DNA of 37,642 nt from a virus (lineage: Duplodnaviria; Caudoviricetes): IMG/VR virus record IMGVR_UViG_3300004112_000001, positions 1 through 37,642 of that record; one strand, 5' to 3'. This document shows, one piece after another, positions 1-8,495 of this stretch (position 1 is the stretch's first letter; each line of letters opens with the position of its first letter). Under the pieces are notes generated by a model. It was given only the letters and a program-made list of their open reading frames with translations, did not search any database and was not told where the DNA came from. The position numbers and the translations under genes were made by a program.

Positions 1-26
1 CATCAAGAAGAAAGAAAGCTTTATGT
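1..26. repeat. Terminal direct repeat (circular assembly overlap), left copy
   Basis: CATCAAGAAGAAAGAAAGCTTTATGT is identical to 37617-37642, and an ORF reads through the junction in frame. Confidence 0.95.
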
Positions 27-67
27 GTAGATAAAACTTCAATAGTAAATGGTTTAACTGTAATCAT
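1..67 (-). CDS. 5' part of a 365-aa hypothetical protein spanning the circular junction (continues in 36586-37642)
   Basis: ATG at 67 is preceded by GAGGAAAAAA, just after the stop of the 75-1169 gene. It reads MITVKPFTIEVLSTHKAFFLLDELPKNSTEVDVWVQ... in frame into the 36586-37539 ORF. Confidence 0.85.
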   Translation of the reverse strand, partial: MITVKPFTIEVLSTHKAFFLLD

Positions 68-74
68 TTTTTCC

Positions 75-1169
75 TCATGGTCCGTAATATTTAAACGTCA
101 CACCGCCAGCGACACCCGACTGCCACCAGCCAGTACCACCAGTACCAACAACAGGTCCAGAACCTGCAGGAACAGAACCTGCAGAACCCCACGCAGCAGT
201 TCCACCACCGCCACCACCGTTACCACCACGCAAACCGTAAGCACCACCACCAGGTCCACCGTTACCACCAACGTCAGGGTATCCAGCGTTTCCACCACCA
301 CCGTCAGTACCTCCACCGCCACCGCCTGCATAACGGTTGTAGTCAGTTGTGTAGATAGGAGAGTTATAGTCAGGACAGGTGTTGGTGCAGTTGCCGTACT
401 TGTCTGTTGCACAACAGTAGGTGTTATAACCAGAAATGTATGTGTAACCGTAGTACCCAATACCGCCACCATGTGAAGGATTAGTCCCACTACCTGCAGT
501 ACCAGCAGGATTAGTTAGCCAATCACCACCAGTACCGCCACCAGCAGTCCATGTAGTTCCACCAATAGTTATTGTGCTTGAACCGCCTGAAGGTCCTGGC
601 AAAACATTGCTGGGGTTTGTTGCGCCAGCACCAACAGTTCCAGTAACAGACTGTGTACCCCCAATAGAAGAAACATGGCTAGAGAACAAACGGTAGCCAC
701 CACCACCACCGCCTCCATATCCTGCTGCGCCACCACCACCATAAATAAGCATCTCATAAATAGTAGGTGCAACACCAGGTATGGAAGGAACGCTGACAGA
801 GTAAGCTCCAGATGTAGTGTTTAAATAAGTCTTTAGACTCCAAGTAGTAAACGAAACGGTTGAACCAATCGTTGTACCAATTGCGTTAACCGCACGAAGA
901 CGAACATAGTAAACAGTTCCAACTGATAGTCCAGATATATTTGCAGAAACCGTTAGGTTCTGCAAAGATGTAGTCACGCCAGTAGTTCCCATATATGACG
1001 TGAACGTTGGATCTGTGGAATAATCAAAATAATAAGTTGTTAGCGCATCGTTTGCACTGACAACACCGTTCACGGTTGCCTGGTTTTGATTAAAGTCAGT
1101 TACAGCGTTTGTTGTTGCAGATGGCGATTGGTTAACGCTAGAAGCAAAAGTTCCTCTACGGATTGGCAT
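75..1169 (-). CDS. Tail fibre/receptor-binding protein with FN3-like and glycine-rich domains
   Basis: FN3-like motif ISGLSVGTVYYVRLRAVNAIG, GGGGAAGYGGGGGGGY-type Gly-rich domain, located in the tail cluster. Confidence 0.75.
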   Translation of the reverse strand: MPIRRGTFASSVNQSPSATTNAVTDFNQNQATVNGVVSANDALTTYYFDYSTDPTFTSYMGTTGVTTSLQNLTVSANISGLSVGTVYYVRLRAVNAIGTTIGSTVSFTTWSLKTYLNTTSGAYSVSVPSIPGVAPTIYEMLIYGGGGAAGYGGGGGGGYRLFSSHVSSIGGTQSVTGTVGAGATNPSNVLPGPSGGSSTITIGGTTWTAGGGTGGDWLTNPAGTAGSGTNPSHGGGIGYYGYTYISGYNTYCCATDKYGNCTNTCPDYNSPIYTTDYNRYAGGGGGGTDGGGGNAGYPDVGGNGGPGGGAYGLRGGNGGGGGGTAAWGSAGSVPAGSGPVVGTGGTGWWQSGVAGGVTFKYYGP

Positions 1170-2089
1170 TATACACTCAAGTCGCCAATGAGCACATAAT
1201 TGTGGTGGCTAACACAAAACAAAGTAGCAGAAGAGTACCTGGCACGAAGCTTCAAACCAGGAGTTGCATTAAGCGTCATTCCACCTGAGCCAGTTACAGT
1301 TATCTGTCCAGTTCCAAGTTGAAGAATGTCAATAGATTGACCAGCAGTTAAACCAGTAGAACCATTAACCGTCACAGTAACAGCAGACGAATTATTAAAT
1401 GTAACCATCTTCCCAAGATCGCTAGAATCAAGAGTGTACGAAGTCCCTGTTTGAGCGTTAATTATCTGTGTTGAGTTAAACCCACCAGTATCACCTGTAG
1501 GACCAATAGGTCCTTGAGGTCCAGTCGCACCAGTCGGACCTGTTGGTCCAGCAGGACCAGCAGGTCCCGTAGGTCCAGGAACAGTTGAGTCAGCTCCTGT
1601 TGCGCCAGTCAATCCAATAGGACCTTGTGGACCTGTAGGACCCATAGGTCCAGGAACAGTAGAATCAGCACCAGCAGGGCCAGTTGCACCAGTAGCTCCT
1701 GTCAAGCCAATCGGACCTTGCGGTCCAGTATCTCCAGTGTCTCCCTTGACTCCCTGTACGCCTTGAGGACCAGTCGCTCCAGTTGCTCCTGTGTCGCCCT
1801 TAACACCTTGAGGTCCAGTAGGACCAGTTGCTCCTGTTAAACCAATGGGACCTTGTGGACCTTGTATGCCTTGTGGACCAACTGGACCAGCAGGACCAGT
1901 TGCCCCCGTAGCACCCGTAGGACCTTGAATACCACTTGAATACGGCAATGTGTTCCAGTTGTCAACACCGTTGCCAACTTTGAACTTGCCAGTGTCGTAC
2001 TCGTATCCTGGCTCGCCTTGAGCAAGCACAGGATTGACGCTTGTCCACTGTGCTGCAGTACCACGGCGATATTGAATCTGAACAGCCAT
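1169..2089 (-). CDS. Collagen-like tail fibre with Mtd N-terminal-like domain
   Basis: N-terminus [37 protein letters not shown] is typical of Mtd_N-type domains. Long Gly-X-Y run; C-terminal QTGTSYTL...YVLIGDL tip domain. Confidence 0.85.
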   Translation of the reverse strand: MAVQIQYRRGTAAQWTSVNPVLAQGEPGYEYDTGKFKVGNGVDNWNTLPYSSGIQGPTGATGATGPAGPVGPQGIQGPQGPIGLTGATGPTGPQGVKGDTGATGATGPQGVQGVKGDTGDTGPQGPIGLTGATGATGPAGADSTVPGPMGPTGPQGPIGLTGATGADSTVPGPTGPAGPAGPTGPTGATGPQGPIGPTGDTGGFNSTQIINAQTGTSYTLDSSDLGKMVTFNNSSAVTVTVNGSTGLTAGQSIDILQLGTGQITVTGSGGMTLNATPGLKLRARYSSATLFCVSHHNYVLIGDLSV

Positions 2090-2469
2090 TAGATACTCCC
2101 TGAATCAATTAAAGTAAGACCACCATAGACAGAATCAGGATGTCCACCGTCAAGGTTTAACGTTGAATAACCAGACGGTCCAGCAGGACCCGTTGGGCCT
2201 GCAGGACCTTGAGGTCCAGTCTGCAACACAAGATTCAACTGCTGATTAGGGAACGTTCCCGTAATAGAAGCAGCAGCAGTACCAACAGATACAGACCCAA
2301 TACTTAAGTTGTAGTAGTTGGAACTTATTGTTGTTTGAATACCCTTGAGGTATTCTTTCAACGATGTAAATATATGCTTCAACGCACGTGCATCACTAGA
2401 CCCCAACGTTTCAAGTAGGGGTGCAGTCCAGATTTGTTCTGGAGGATTATTGCGTGGGGTTTCAGCCAT
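2089..2469 (-). CDS. Small tail protein with short collagen segment
   Basis: [16 protein letters not shown] and [16 protein letters not shown] motifs; coupled to both neighbours. Confidence 0.7.
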   Translation of the reverse strand: MAETPRNNPPEQIWTAPLLETLGSSDARALKHIFTSLKEYLKGIQTTISSNYYNLSIGSVSVGTAAASITGTFPNQQLNLVLQTGPQGPAGPTGPAGPSGYSTLNLDGGHPDSVYGGLTLIDSGSI

Positions 2470-3364
2470 TCTTCAAAGAATCTACTTCTGCCTGCAAAGC
2501 ATCAACCTTCGCAGAAAGCTCCTGAATAGCTGCAACAGCGTGAGCCAAAATAGCCTCATGCTTCCACATACGTGGAACAAGCTCACCATCTTTAAGGTCG
2601 TGATCAACAAGATCAGAATTAATTTCCAAAATGTCGTCAACTACGAAACCGTACTGACGTTGCGTACGGCGTGCAAAAACCTCAAACGGATCATCCATGT
2701 CTGTGTACTGTTCTTTAAACACAAACGACTTTGGCTTAAGAACACTAATTAAATCAAGACCAGAAATAATCTCCTGAACATCTTCCTTGTATTCAAGGAG
2801 AGATGTTCCAGATCGGAAACACAACTTACCGTCTGAACGCTGAACTATATAGTTAGTTGAACTTGACGACTGAGGATAGTAGTACCAAATATCGTTGTAC
2901 AAGTTCATCGTGTTAGCAATACCAATATTGCCATACACATACCACTCGCCAGGAACTGTCCAGTCAATATAGTAAGGACCCTCTTGGAGTTGTGATGCCC
3001 AACCTGCACTACCTGCTGAACCAGCAGAGCCAGCACTGTTCGCATACCCTGCGTTAGTTGCATAACCAGCATTAGTTGCGTTAGCAGCATTAGTAGCATT
3101 GTTTGCAGTTGCTGCGTTGCCAGTAATGTTGACTGGCAACGTTGCGCCATCAGCAACCTTGTCCGCAGTCACAGCATCATTAGCAATCTTTGCTGTTGTT
3201 ACAGCAGAATCAGCAATAGCAGCAGAACTAGCCTGAACTGAACCATCAACCTGTACAAGCTGTGCTTCAACAAACGACTTCACAGCAGTGAAGTCGGAGT
3301 TAACCTCTGTTGCATTAGCAGGAGTACCATTTGTAAATGCGTACGGAATATTTAAAGAAGCCAT
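2462..3364 (-). CDS. Tail fibre/spike with C-terminal intramolecular chaperone (Peptidase_S74-like)
   Basis: N-terminal FTNGTPANATEVNSDF anchor, NAx tripeptide repeats, and C-terminal S..EYKEDVQ..LKPKSF..YGFVVDD..AVAAIQELSAKV coiled coil. Confidence 0.8.
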   Translation of the reverse strand: MASLNIPYAFTNGTPANATEVNSDFTAVKSFVEAQLVQVDGSVQASSAAIADSAVTTAKIANDAVTADKVADGATLPVNITGNAATANNATNAANATNAGYATNAGYANSAGSAGSAGSAGWASQLQEGPYYIDWTVPGEWYVYGNIGIANTMNLYNDIWYYYPQSSSSTNYIVQRSDGKLCFRSGTSLLEYKEDVQEIISGLDLISVLKPKSFVFKEQYTDMDDPFEVFARRTQRQYGFVVDDILEINSDLVDHDLKDGELVPRMWKHEAILAHAVAAIQELSAKVDALQAEVDSLKNG

Positions 3365-4962
3365 TATGCTTTAACCTTTCGTGGGTTGTATTTCAATGAA
3401 TAACTATTAACGCCCCAAGCCTGACCAGTAGGACCAGTAAACTCAAGTTGGATACTTCGGGCCAAGCCAATACTGCGACCAGTCACAATCTCTGAACCAG
3501 TATTCGCAGCACCCCAATTAGAACCCCAATTGCTAGAACCCCAAGTCAGACCATTCCCAGAACCAGGAATAGACAAGCTGTAGCTTTTGATTTCACCATT
3601 GTCCGCTTCCTCATAGTCAGCGTATGCCTTAACCAAAATAGTAGAAGCATTGGCCTGTTGCTTCACAATCACGTCAGGTCTACGAAACATCTTGATCTGG
3701 CTGTAAGATCCAGCATCAAGCCAACGTGTGCGGTATCTGCTAGGAAACTGAAAATCAACACCAGTGATATTGTCGTAAGAGTTTGAATACATATCAACAC
3801 GTAGCACCTGCGGTGACGTTGCGTGTGCTGCTAAATGTCGTGTCGTTCCGTCTTCAGAAATAAAAGTGCAACCACCAGCAACTCCACGAGCATCGGCAGT
3901 AGAGAACTGAAGCCAAGCACCACCACGTGAAATACTAGGATCAAAAACAAACACAGTTGTTGGATACGTATATGTTGCTGTCTCACTGTACGGAACAGAA
4001 ACCCAAATACGGCGATTAATATAGTTGACATAAACTTCATCAATCGCTGCAGCATTAATAGCCCCTGTTGTAATAGCAGGGCGAATTGGTTCAAAGATGT
4101 CAGCCAACGTGTTTCCGTTGTAATACATCAAACCATCAGGATAAGAAAAGAAATAAACACCACGCTCAGTAGTACAAATAGAATGAGGTGTCACCGCACC
4201 AACAGTGCGTGACACTTCAACAACTTGGAACGTGTCAGAATCATAACCGAACACAGCAAACACAGCATTGTGTTTAAACACAAGCATGTGGCCAGAGAAA
4301 ACAGCCAAACCAGTAATGCCAGTAGCACCATCTTTGATGTCAATGTAGTCAAGGCTTGCCCAATTCTCAGGGCTATTAGGATGTGACCAGCGAATACGAT
4401 CAGGATGCGCAACACCGTTCTCAACGGTGTTCGCAACAAATACCTTGCCAGCATGAGTTATGGCATGACGAGCTTTAGGGAAATAACCACCAGTAGGAGA
4501 CTGATACGAATCCTGCCAAGTAGGGCCACTGGCAGTCAAGACTGTCTTGGTTGTTCCATTCCACTTGTACGAAACAGAACCACTACCAGTAGCCATATAA
4601 AGCAACGAACCCCAAGGAGCAAAAGAAGCACCATGCTCATCAGTAACAGGAATACTCAACTGAGAAAAGTTGCTACCAGTTGAATAGTAGACATCGCCAT
4701 TAGTTCCAGAGTCATGTCCTGTTGAAAGCATTACGAAGTGTGTGTCACCATAGAAAGGAAACAAGTTTTCAGGAAACCAATGCGCAGCAATACCAGAAGT
4801 ATTGATGCGCCTCATAGCACCACGAGAGAAAACGCCACCACGAGGATCAATTTCAACGTTAAGCATTCTAGGAGACTCGTTAGGTTGAAGCTGAAACTGG
4901 TCAGCACGAAGGTTCAACCCACCTGTAAAATCATCCTGACGCATAACATTAAGACGAGCCAT
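3364..4962 (-). CDS. Tail nozzle / tail tubular protein B-like (beta-propeller)
   Basis: DDFTGGLNL N-terminus, RIRWSHPNSPENW, LVFK..VFAV motifs. Start refined to ATG 4962 (TAATG overlap with the upstream gene). Confidence 0.75.
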   Translation of the reverse strand: MARLNVMRQDDFTGGLNLRADQFQLQPNESPRMLNVEIDPRGGVFSRGAMRRINTSGIAAHWFPENLFPFYGDTHFVMLSTGHDSGTNGDVYYSTGSNFSQLSIPVTDEHGASFAPWGSLLYMATGSGSVSYKWNGTTKTVLTASGPTWQDSYQSPTGGYFPKARHAITHAGKVFVANTVENGVAHPDRIRWSHPNSPENWASLDYIDIKDGATGITGLAVFSGHMLVFKHNAVFAVFGYDSDTFQVVEVSRTVGAVTPHSICTTERGVYFFSYPDGLMYYNGNTLADIFEPIRPAITTGAINAAAIDEVYVNYINRRIWVSVPYSETATYTYPTTVFVFDPSISRGGAWLQFSTADARGVAGGCTFISEDGTTRHLAAHATSPQVLRVDMYSNSYDNITGVDFQFPSRYRTRWLDAGSYSQIKMFRRPDVIVKQQANASTILVKAYADYEEADNGEIKSYSLSIPGSGNGLTWGSSNWGSNWGAANTGSEIVTGRSIGLARSIQLEFTGPTGQAWGVNSYSLKYNPRKVKA

Positions 4963-5681
4963 TACAAACCAAGATTTCTGCCCAAAGACTCCAGCCAATA
5001 CTTTTCGTTCGGACGAACAACACCACGTGCCATAATTACCTGGCGATAAGTAGGAGCACGCATCAATTCCTTGCGTGCAAGAGTTACTGCCTCATCAAAA
5101 GAAGACTTGTAACTATTCGCCATCTCATTATCTTCTTGACGCTTGTAAGCCTGAGACACCGCATAGTATGCGATTGCGTTATGTAAACGCTCATCGCAAT
5201 CCACCTGCGTATCACGCTGGGTTGTCCACTCGTAGCTAGCTCTGCGATATCCACGAATAATTAATGGATAAACAGTGTCAGGTTTTGGGAACAACTTAAT
5301 AGTGTTGTTCCACTCAGCAAAAAACAAAGGCCTACTAGGAGTATCAAACGCTCCATGCCATGTTGCTTCCGCATCATCTAGCGACACAAGCTGGAGACGA
5401 TTACCAGATGCAGAGTTATCAAGGATAGAAGTAATCTCACGAATATCTCCATTCCCACCAACAGTAGTTGGGGTGATAATAGAAGACAATGCATAGTCAC
5501 GTTGACCAGCAACAGTGTTTAAAGTTGCACTAGTTTCAAGGAAAGGCCAACGGCGTTCAAGGTTAACAATTCGTTGAAACCCATCTTTCATGTACGCAAC
5601 AATTAGATCAGACGGAAGGTCAGCCTGATCTAAATCTGTAATTTCACGAACAAAAGAAATCAACTCATTGGTGGTTGCCAT
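4962..5681 (-). CDS. Head-tail adaptor / tail tubular protein A-like
   Basis: RRWPFLE, TVAGQRDYAL, IKLFPKPDTVY, HNAIAYYA motifs; lies between capsid and nozzle genes. Confidence 0.75.
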   Translation of the reverse strand: MATTNELISFVREITDLDQADLPSDLIVAYMKDGFQRIVNLERRWPFLETSATLNTVAGQRDYALSSIITPTTVGGNGDIREITSILDNSASGNRLQLVSLDDAEATWHGAFDTPSRPLFFAEWNNTIKLFPKPDTVYPLIIRGYRRASYEWTTQRDTQVDCDERLHNAIAYYAVSQAYKRQEDNEMANSYKSSFDEAVTLARKELMRAPTYRQVIMARGVVRPNEKYWLESLGRNLGL

Positions 5682-5896
5682 TATTCACCCTTCTTCTGCA
5701 TAGAACGAAGATGTCCTGCGCAGTAATCAGTCCCCTTAGCACGTGGTCCTTCACATGTATCTTCATTGGCGATACATTTATTACGACCTAAATATGGTCC
5801 GCTTCCAGGCGCAAGTTTGCTCCCGTCTGCTGAACCAGCAGGACGGGAGCCACTTACAGGTTGTCCATAAAGAGTATGAGCAAGTTGTTTAGTCAT
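5681..5896 (-). CDS. Small protein with C-x5-C-x9-C-x2-H Zn-finger-like motif
   Basis: CIANEDTCEGPRAKGTDYCAGH; preceded by the GTAAC-N17-ATG motif; stop overlaps the next start. Confidence 0.7.
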   Translation of the reverse strand: MTKQLAHTLYGQPVSGSRPAGSADGSKLAPGSGPYLGRNKCIANEDTCEGPRAKGTDYCAGHLRSMQKKGE

Positions 5897-5918
5897 ACCC
5901 TAAAGGCAACTTTGTTAC
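5897..5918 (-). promoter_or_regulatory. Putative late promoter GTAAC-N17-ATG
   Basis: Minus strand reads GTAAC AAAGTTGCCTTTAGGGT ATG; no SD sequence. Confidence 0.65.
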
Positions 5919-6617
5919 TTAACTGTACTTGCGCTTTACCTTGCTCTTTGCACGTCCTTCTGCCGAACGCACAGTTTGCATTTCTCCACGAGCCTTGTAT
6001 GCAGTCTTTCCGAAACCGCCTGTGTTGCCACCACGGTTGGTATATCCAGGGGTGCGAACGCTTCCCTTTTCAATACCACGAGCACGAAGACTTGAACCAG
6101 CACGTGAGCCACGAGAAGCTCGTGCTTCTGCTCCAGTTGCACGCATGCTTGGTCCAGAGCTACGTGGTGCTGTAGCACCAAATCCACCCTTAACCTTCGC
6201 ACGTGCAGGGTAGTCAGAACCAGTAAAGGTCTTGCTTACCTTGTCTTTTGCACGTCCTTCTTGTGAACGAACTGTTGGCCCACCACTTGAAGTCTTCTTC
6301 TTTGATGCATTTGTTTCAAGTCCTCTTGCACGAAGGCTAGAGTTTGCACGTGAACCACGGCTGGCTCGTGCATCAGCACCCGTAGCACGAAGGCTTGAAC
6401 CTGAACTGCGTGGCTTGGTAGCACCGAAACCACCCTTTACTTTTGCACGTGCAGGAAGAGAAGTTCCGCTATATGTTGCTGAAACTTTCTTCTTTGCTTT
6501 TTCCATTGCACGTCCTTCTGCTGAACGTACAGTCTGCATGTTGCTTGCAGCCTTCTTTGGGCGAGGTGTGATTTTCTTTGGTCCTCGTGGTCCTGGTGGG
6601 TTAGGGATTCTTGGCAT
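5919..6617 (-). CDS. Highly basic, internally repeated protein (putative DNA-condensing/core protein)
   Basis: Rich in R/K/S/G/A; two ~70-aa repeats plus a partial third; SD AAGGAG upstream; directly after the capsid gene. Confidence 0.7.
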   Translation of the reverse strand: MPRIPNPPGPRGPKKITPRPKKAASNMQTVRSAEGRAMEKAKKKVSATYSGTSLPARAKVKGGFGATKPRSSGSSLRATGADARASRGSRANSSLRARGLETNASKKKTSSGGPTVRSQEGRAKDKVSKTFTGSDYPARAKVKGGFGATAPRSSGPSMRATGAEARASRGSRAGSSLRARGIEKGSVRTPGYTNRGGNTGGFGKTAYKARGEMQTVRSAEGRAKSKVKRKYS

Positions 6618-6657
6618 TGTTTGCTCCTTGAGTTTTGATATGAAATTTAATAGTTAA

Positions 6658-6692
6658 GCAAAAGGGGGAGAGGACGATTGTCGCTCTCCCCC
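6658..6692 (-). terminator. Intrinsic terminator after the major capsid gene
   Basis: Minus strand: GGGGGAGAG-CGACAATCGTC-CTCTCCCCC followed by TTTT. Confidence 0.8.
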
Positions 6693-6707
6693 AATCGCAT
6701 CAGTCAA

Positions 6708-7652
6708 TTAGGCTGTCTTAGCCGTGAGCTTGCCTTGCTTTGCACGATTAGAGCAAACAAGGTTGCCGTAGCACATGATGAGTGCGAAACGTGCGTCCTG
6801 GTTTTCAGGGCGAACGAAATCGGTCTGTGCAAACCACTTGTCTGAGTGACCAACAAGCTTGAGGTACTTAGAGTTCAAGAAGAACATTGTTCCTGCAGGA
6901 GCATGTACGTCATACATGATTGGTGCAGACTTGAACAACAGGTTCTGGAATCCAGCATCTGCAGTCTTGGTGTCTGTGTAGCGCAACTGTGGCTGCAACA
7001 ACGACTCATACTTTTCAAACAATGTTTGTGTGGTAAGGATTACGTCTGGGTGATCGTTACCAACAGAAACGCTGTTGTAAGCAGTAGCCATTTGCAAGAG
7101 AGTCAAAGCACCTGCGGTGTTTTCCTCGTATGAACGCCACCAGTCGTTTCCTTGACCAGTTGCAGAGTTGATACCACCAAGTGTGTTACCTGACTCAACA
7201 ATGTTTCCAAGGCCGTTCCAGTTCTTGCCACTGTTGCCAGTGCCATCACCGTAGAACATCTGGTTGAAGCCTTCACGCATTGACTCTTCAGCCTGCATGA
7301 TCTTTGATTCAAGCAAGTTGATAATTGCATGCTCACCATTGTTCTTAGCTTCTTCAATACCGCTAATAGCGATTGAAGCACCATACTGCTTCCAATCGTA
7401 TTCAGCAGCAGAGATGCCTTCTTGTGGTGTGAGGCTCAGTGTTTCGTAACCAGAGTACGAAGCAACAGTGCTGTTCTGACCATAAATCAACTGTTCAACA
7501 ATTTTCGTACCGCCAGTTTCGGTGCGGATACGGCCCTTGTCGGACAGCCAGTAGGTAAGTGGACGAGCTGTAAAGACGTTGTCAGTCAGCTTGTCACGGT
7601 AGTTTGCAAGTGTCGTTGACAACAGTGCATCAAAATTAGCGTTTCCAGCCAT
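6708..7652 (-). CDS. Major capsid protein
   Basis: 314 aa, strong SD AGGAGG, follows the scaffold gene. Motifs LLSTTL..Y...LTDN, FYGDGTG, AGFQNL.F, YGNL.CSNR are typical of HK97-fold capsids of such podoviruses. Confidence 0.9.
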   Translation of the reverse strand: MAGNANFDALLSTTLANYRDKLTDNVFTARPLTYWLSDKGRIRTETGGTKIVEQLIYGQNSTVASYSGYETLSLTPQEGISAAEYDWKQYGASIAISGIEEAKNNGEHAIINLLESKIMQAEESMREGFNQMFYGDGTGNSGKNWNGLGNIVESGNTLGGINSATGQGNDWWRSYEENTAGALTLLQMATAYNSVSVGNDHPDVILTTQTLFEKYESLLQPQLRYTDTKTADAGFQNLLFKSAPIMYDVHAPAGTMFFLNSKYLKLVGHSDKWFAQTDFVRPENQDARFALIMCYGNLVCSNRAKQGKLTAKTA

Positions 7653-7672
7653 TTGGGTTTCCTCCTAGGAAA

Positions 7673-8452
7673 TTACGAGATGCCAAGCTGCTGTTTAGCA
7701 GCAGCGAAAGCATCTTTTATTGAAGAGATTGGTGCAATACCAACGGAAGTTCCCTGAGCAGAGGAGCCACCAGAAACTATACTTGCTTCACGCTTAGCGT
7801 TCAGAGCAGCCTCCTGAGCAGCAGCTTGTTTAGAAGCGTACTCATTCTGGACATTCTGACGTGCTAGCAATCTGTCAAATGCAATTTGCTTGTAGACAGC
7901 CTCTAAGTTGTCATTACCACTCGCTAGAGCAGCAGCAACAACTTCGTTAGCATCAAAGTCTTCGCCGTATTTGCTTTGCAACGTTCCAATAGTCCGTTCC
8001 AACTCCTGCATCGCCTGTGCTTCTTCAAAAGATCGCACACGGTTTTCCAGTTCCTTCAATTGACGTTCCGCAGGGTCCATGTACAGGTCATCATCAGATG
8101 CTTGCTGTTCATTGATTCCGTAATGTTCCATCAAAAGTTGGATCGTTGACGCTGGGTCATTCTGCAAAGCTTGCTGAATGGCTGCAGCGAACTGAACCTC
8201 TTTACGTTGTTCTGCTAACTCCTGCGTCTTACGGGTATAATCCGCTTGACGCTGATAGCCAGCAAGAGCTTCAGATAATTCAACTTCAATCTCCTCACCA
8301 CCAACTGGAAGCTTTACACGATGATTCGCATAGTCTTCATAGTTGAAATAAGAAGGTTCAGAAGAAGTCTCTTCGCCCCCGACCACTTCTCCTTCGGCTT
8401 GTCCACTTTCAAGTGGGGCCTCTGGCATCTCGGTCATTTCATTTTCAGTCAC
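7673..8452 (-). CDS. Capsid scaffolding protein
   Basis: GYQRQADYTRKTQELAEQRK signature, acidic N-terminus, coiled coil. GTG at 8452 follows GGAGG (TTG at 8464 is an alternative start). Confidence 0.85.
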   Translation of the reverse strand: MTENEMTEMPEAPLESGQAEGEVVGGEETSSEPSYFNYEDYANHRVKLPVGGEEIEVELSEALAGYQRQADYTRKTQELAEQRKEVQFAAAIQQALQNDPASTIQLLMEHYGINEQQASDDDLYMDPAERQLKELENRVRSFEEAQAMQELERTIGTLQSKYGEDFDANEVVAAALASGNDNLEAVYKQIAFDRLLARQNVQNEYASKQAAAQEAALNAKREASIVSGGSSAQGTSVGIAPISSIKDAFAAAKQQLGIS

Positions 8453-8472
8453 AGAGTCCTCCAAGGTTGCTC

Positions 8473-8495
8473 TAATTAGTTATCTTTTTCGTTAC
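8473..8495 (-). promoter_or_regulatory. Putative late promoter for the scaffold-capsid operon
   Basis: GTAAC GAAAAAGATAACTAATT followed by AGAGCAACCTTGGAGG. Confidence 0.6.

Noticed and set aside
1-26. Biological terminal repeat
   Set aside because: It falls in the middle of a gene and is k-mer sized, so it is most likely an assembly overlap.
1490-1930. Tandem DNA repeats
   Set aside because: These are collagen Gly-X-Y codons.
1169-2089. Diversity-generating retroelement suggested by the Mtd_N-like domain
   Set aside because: No reverse transcriptase ORF and no template/variable repeat pair seen.
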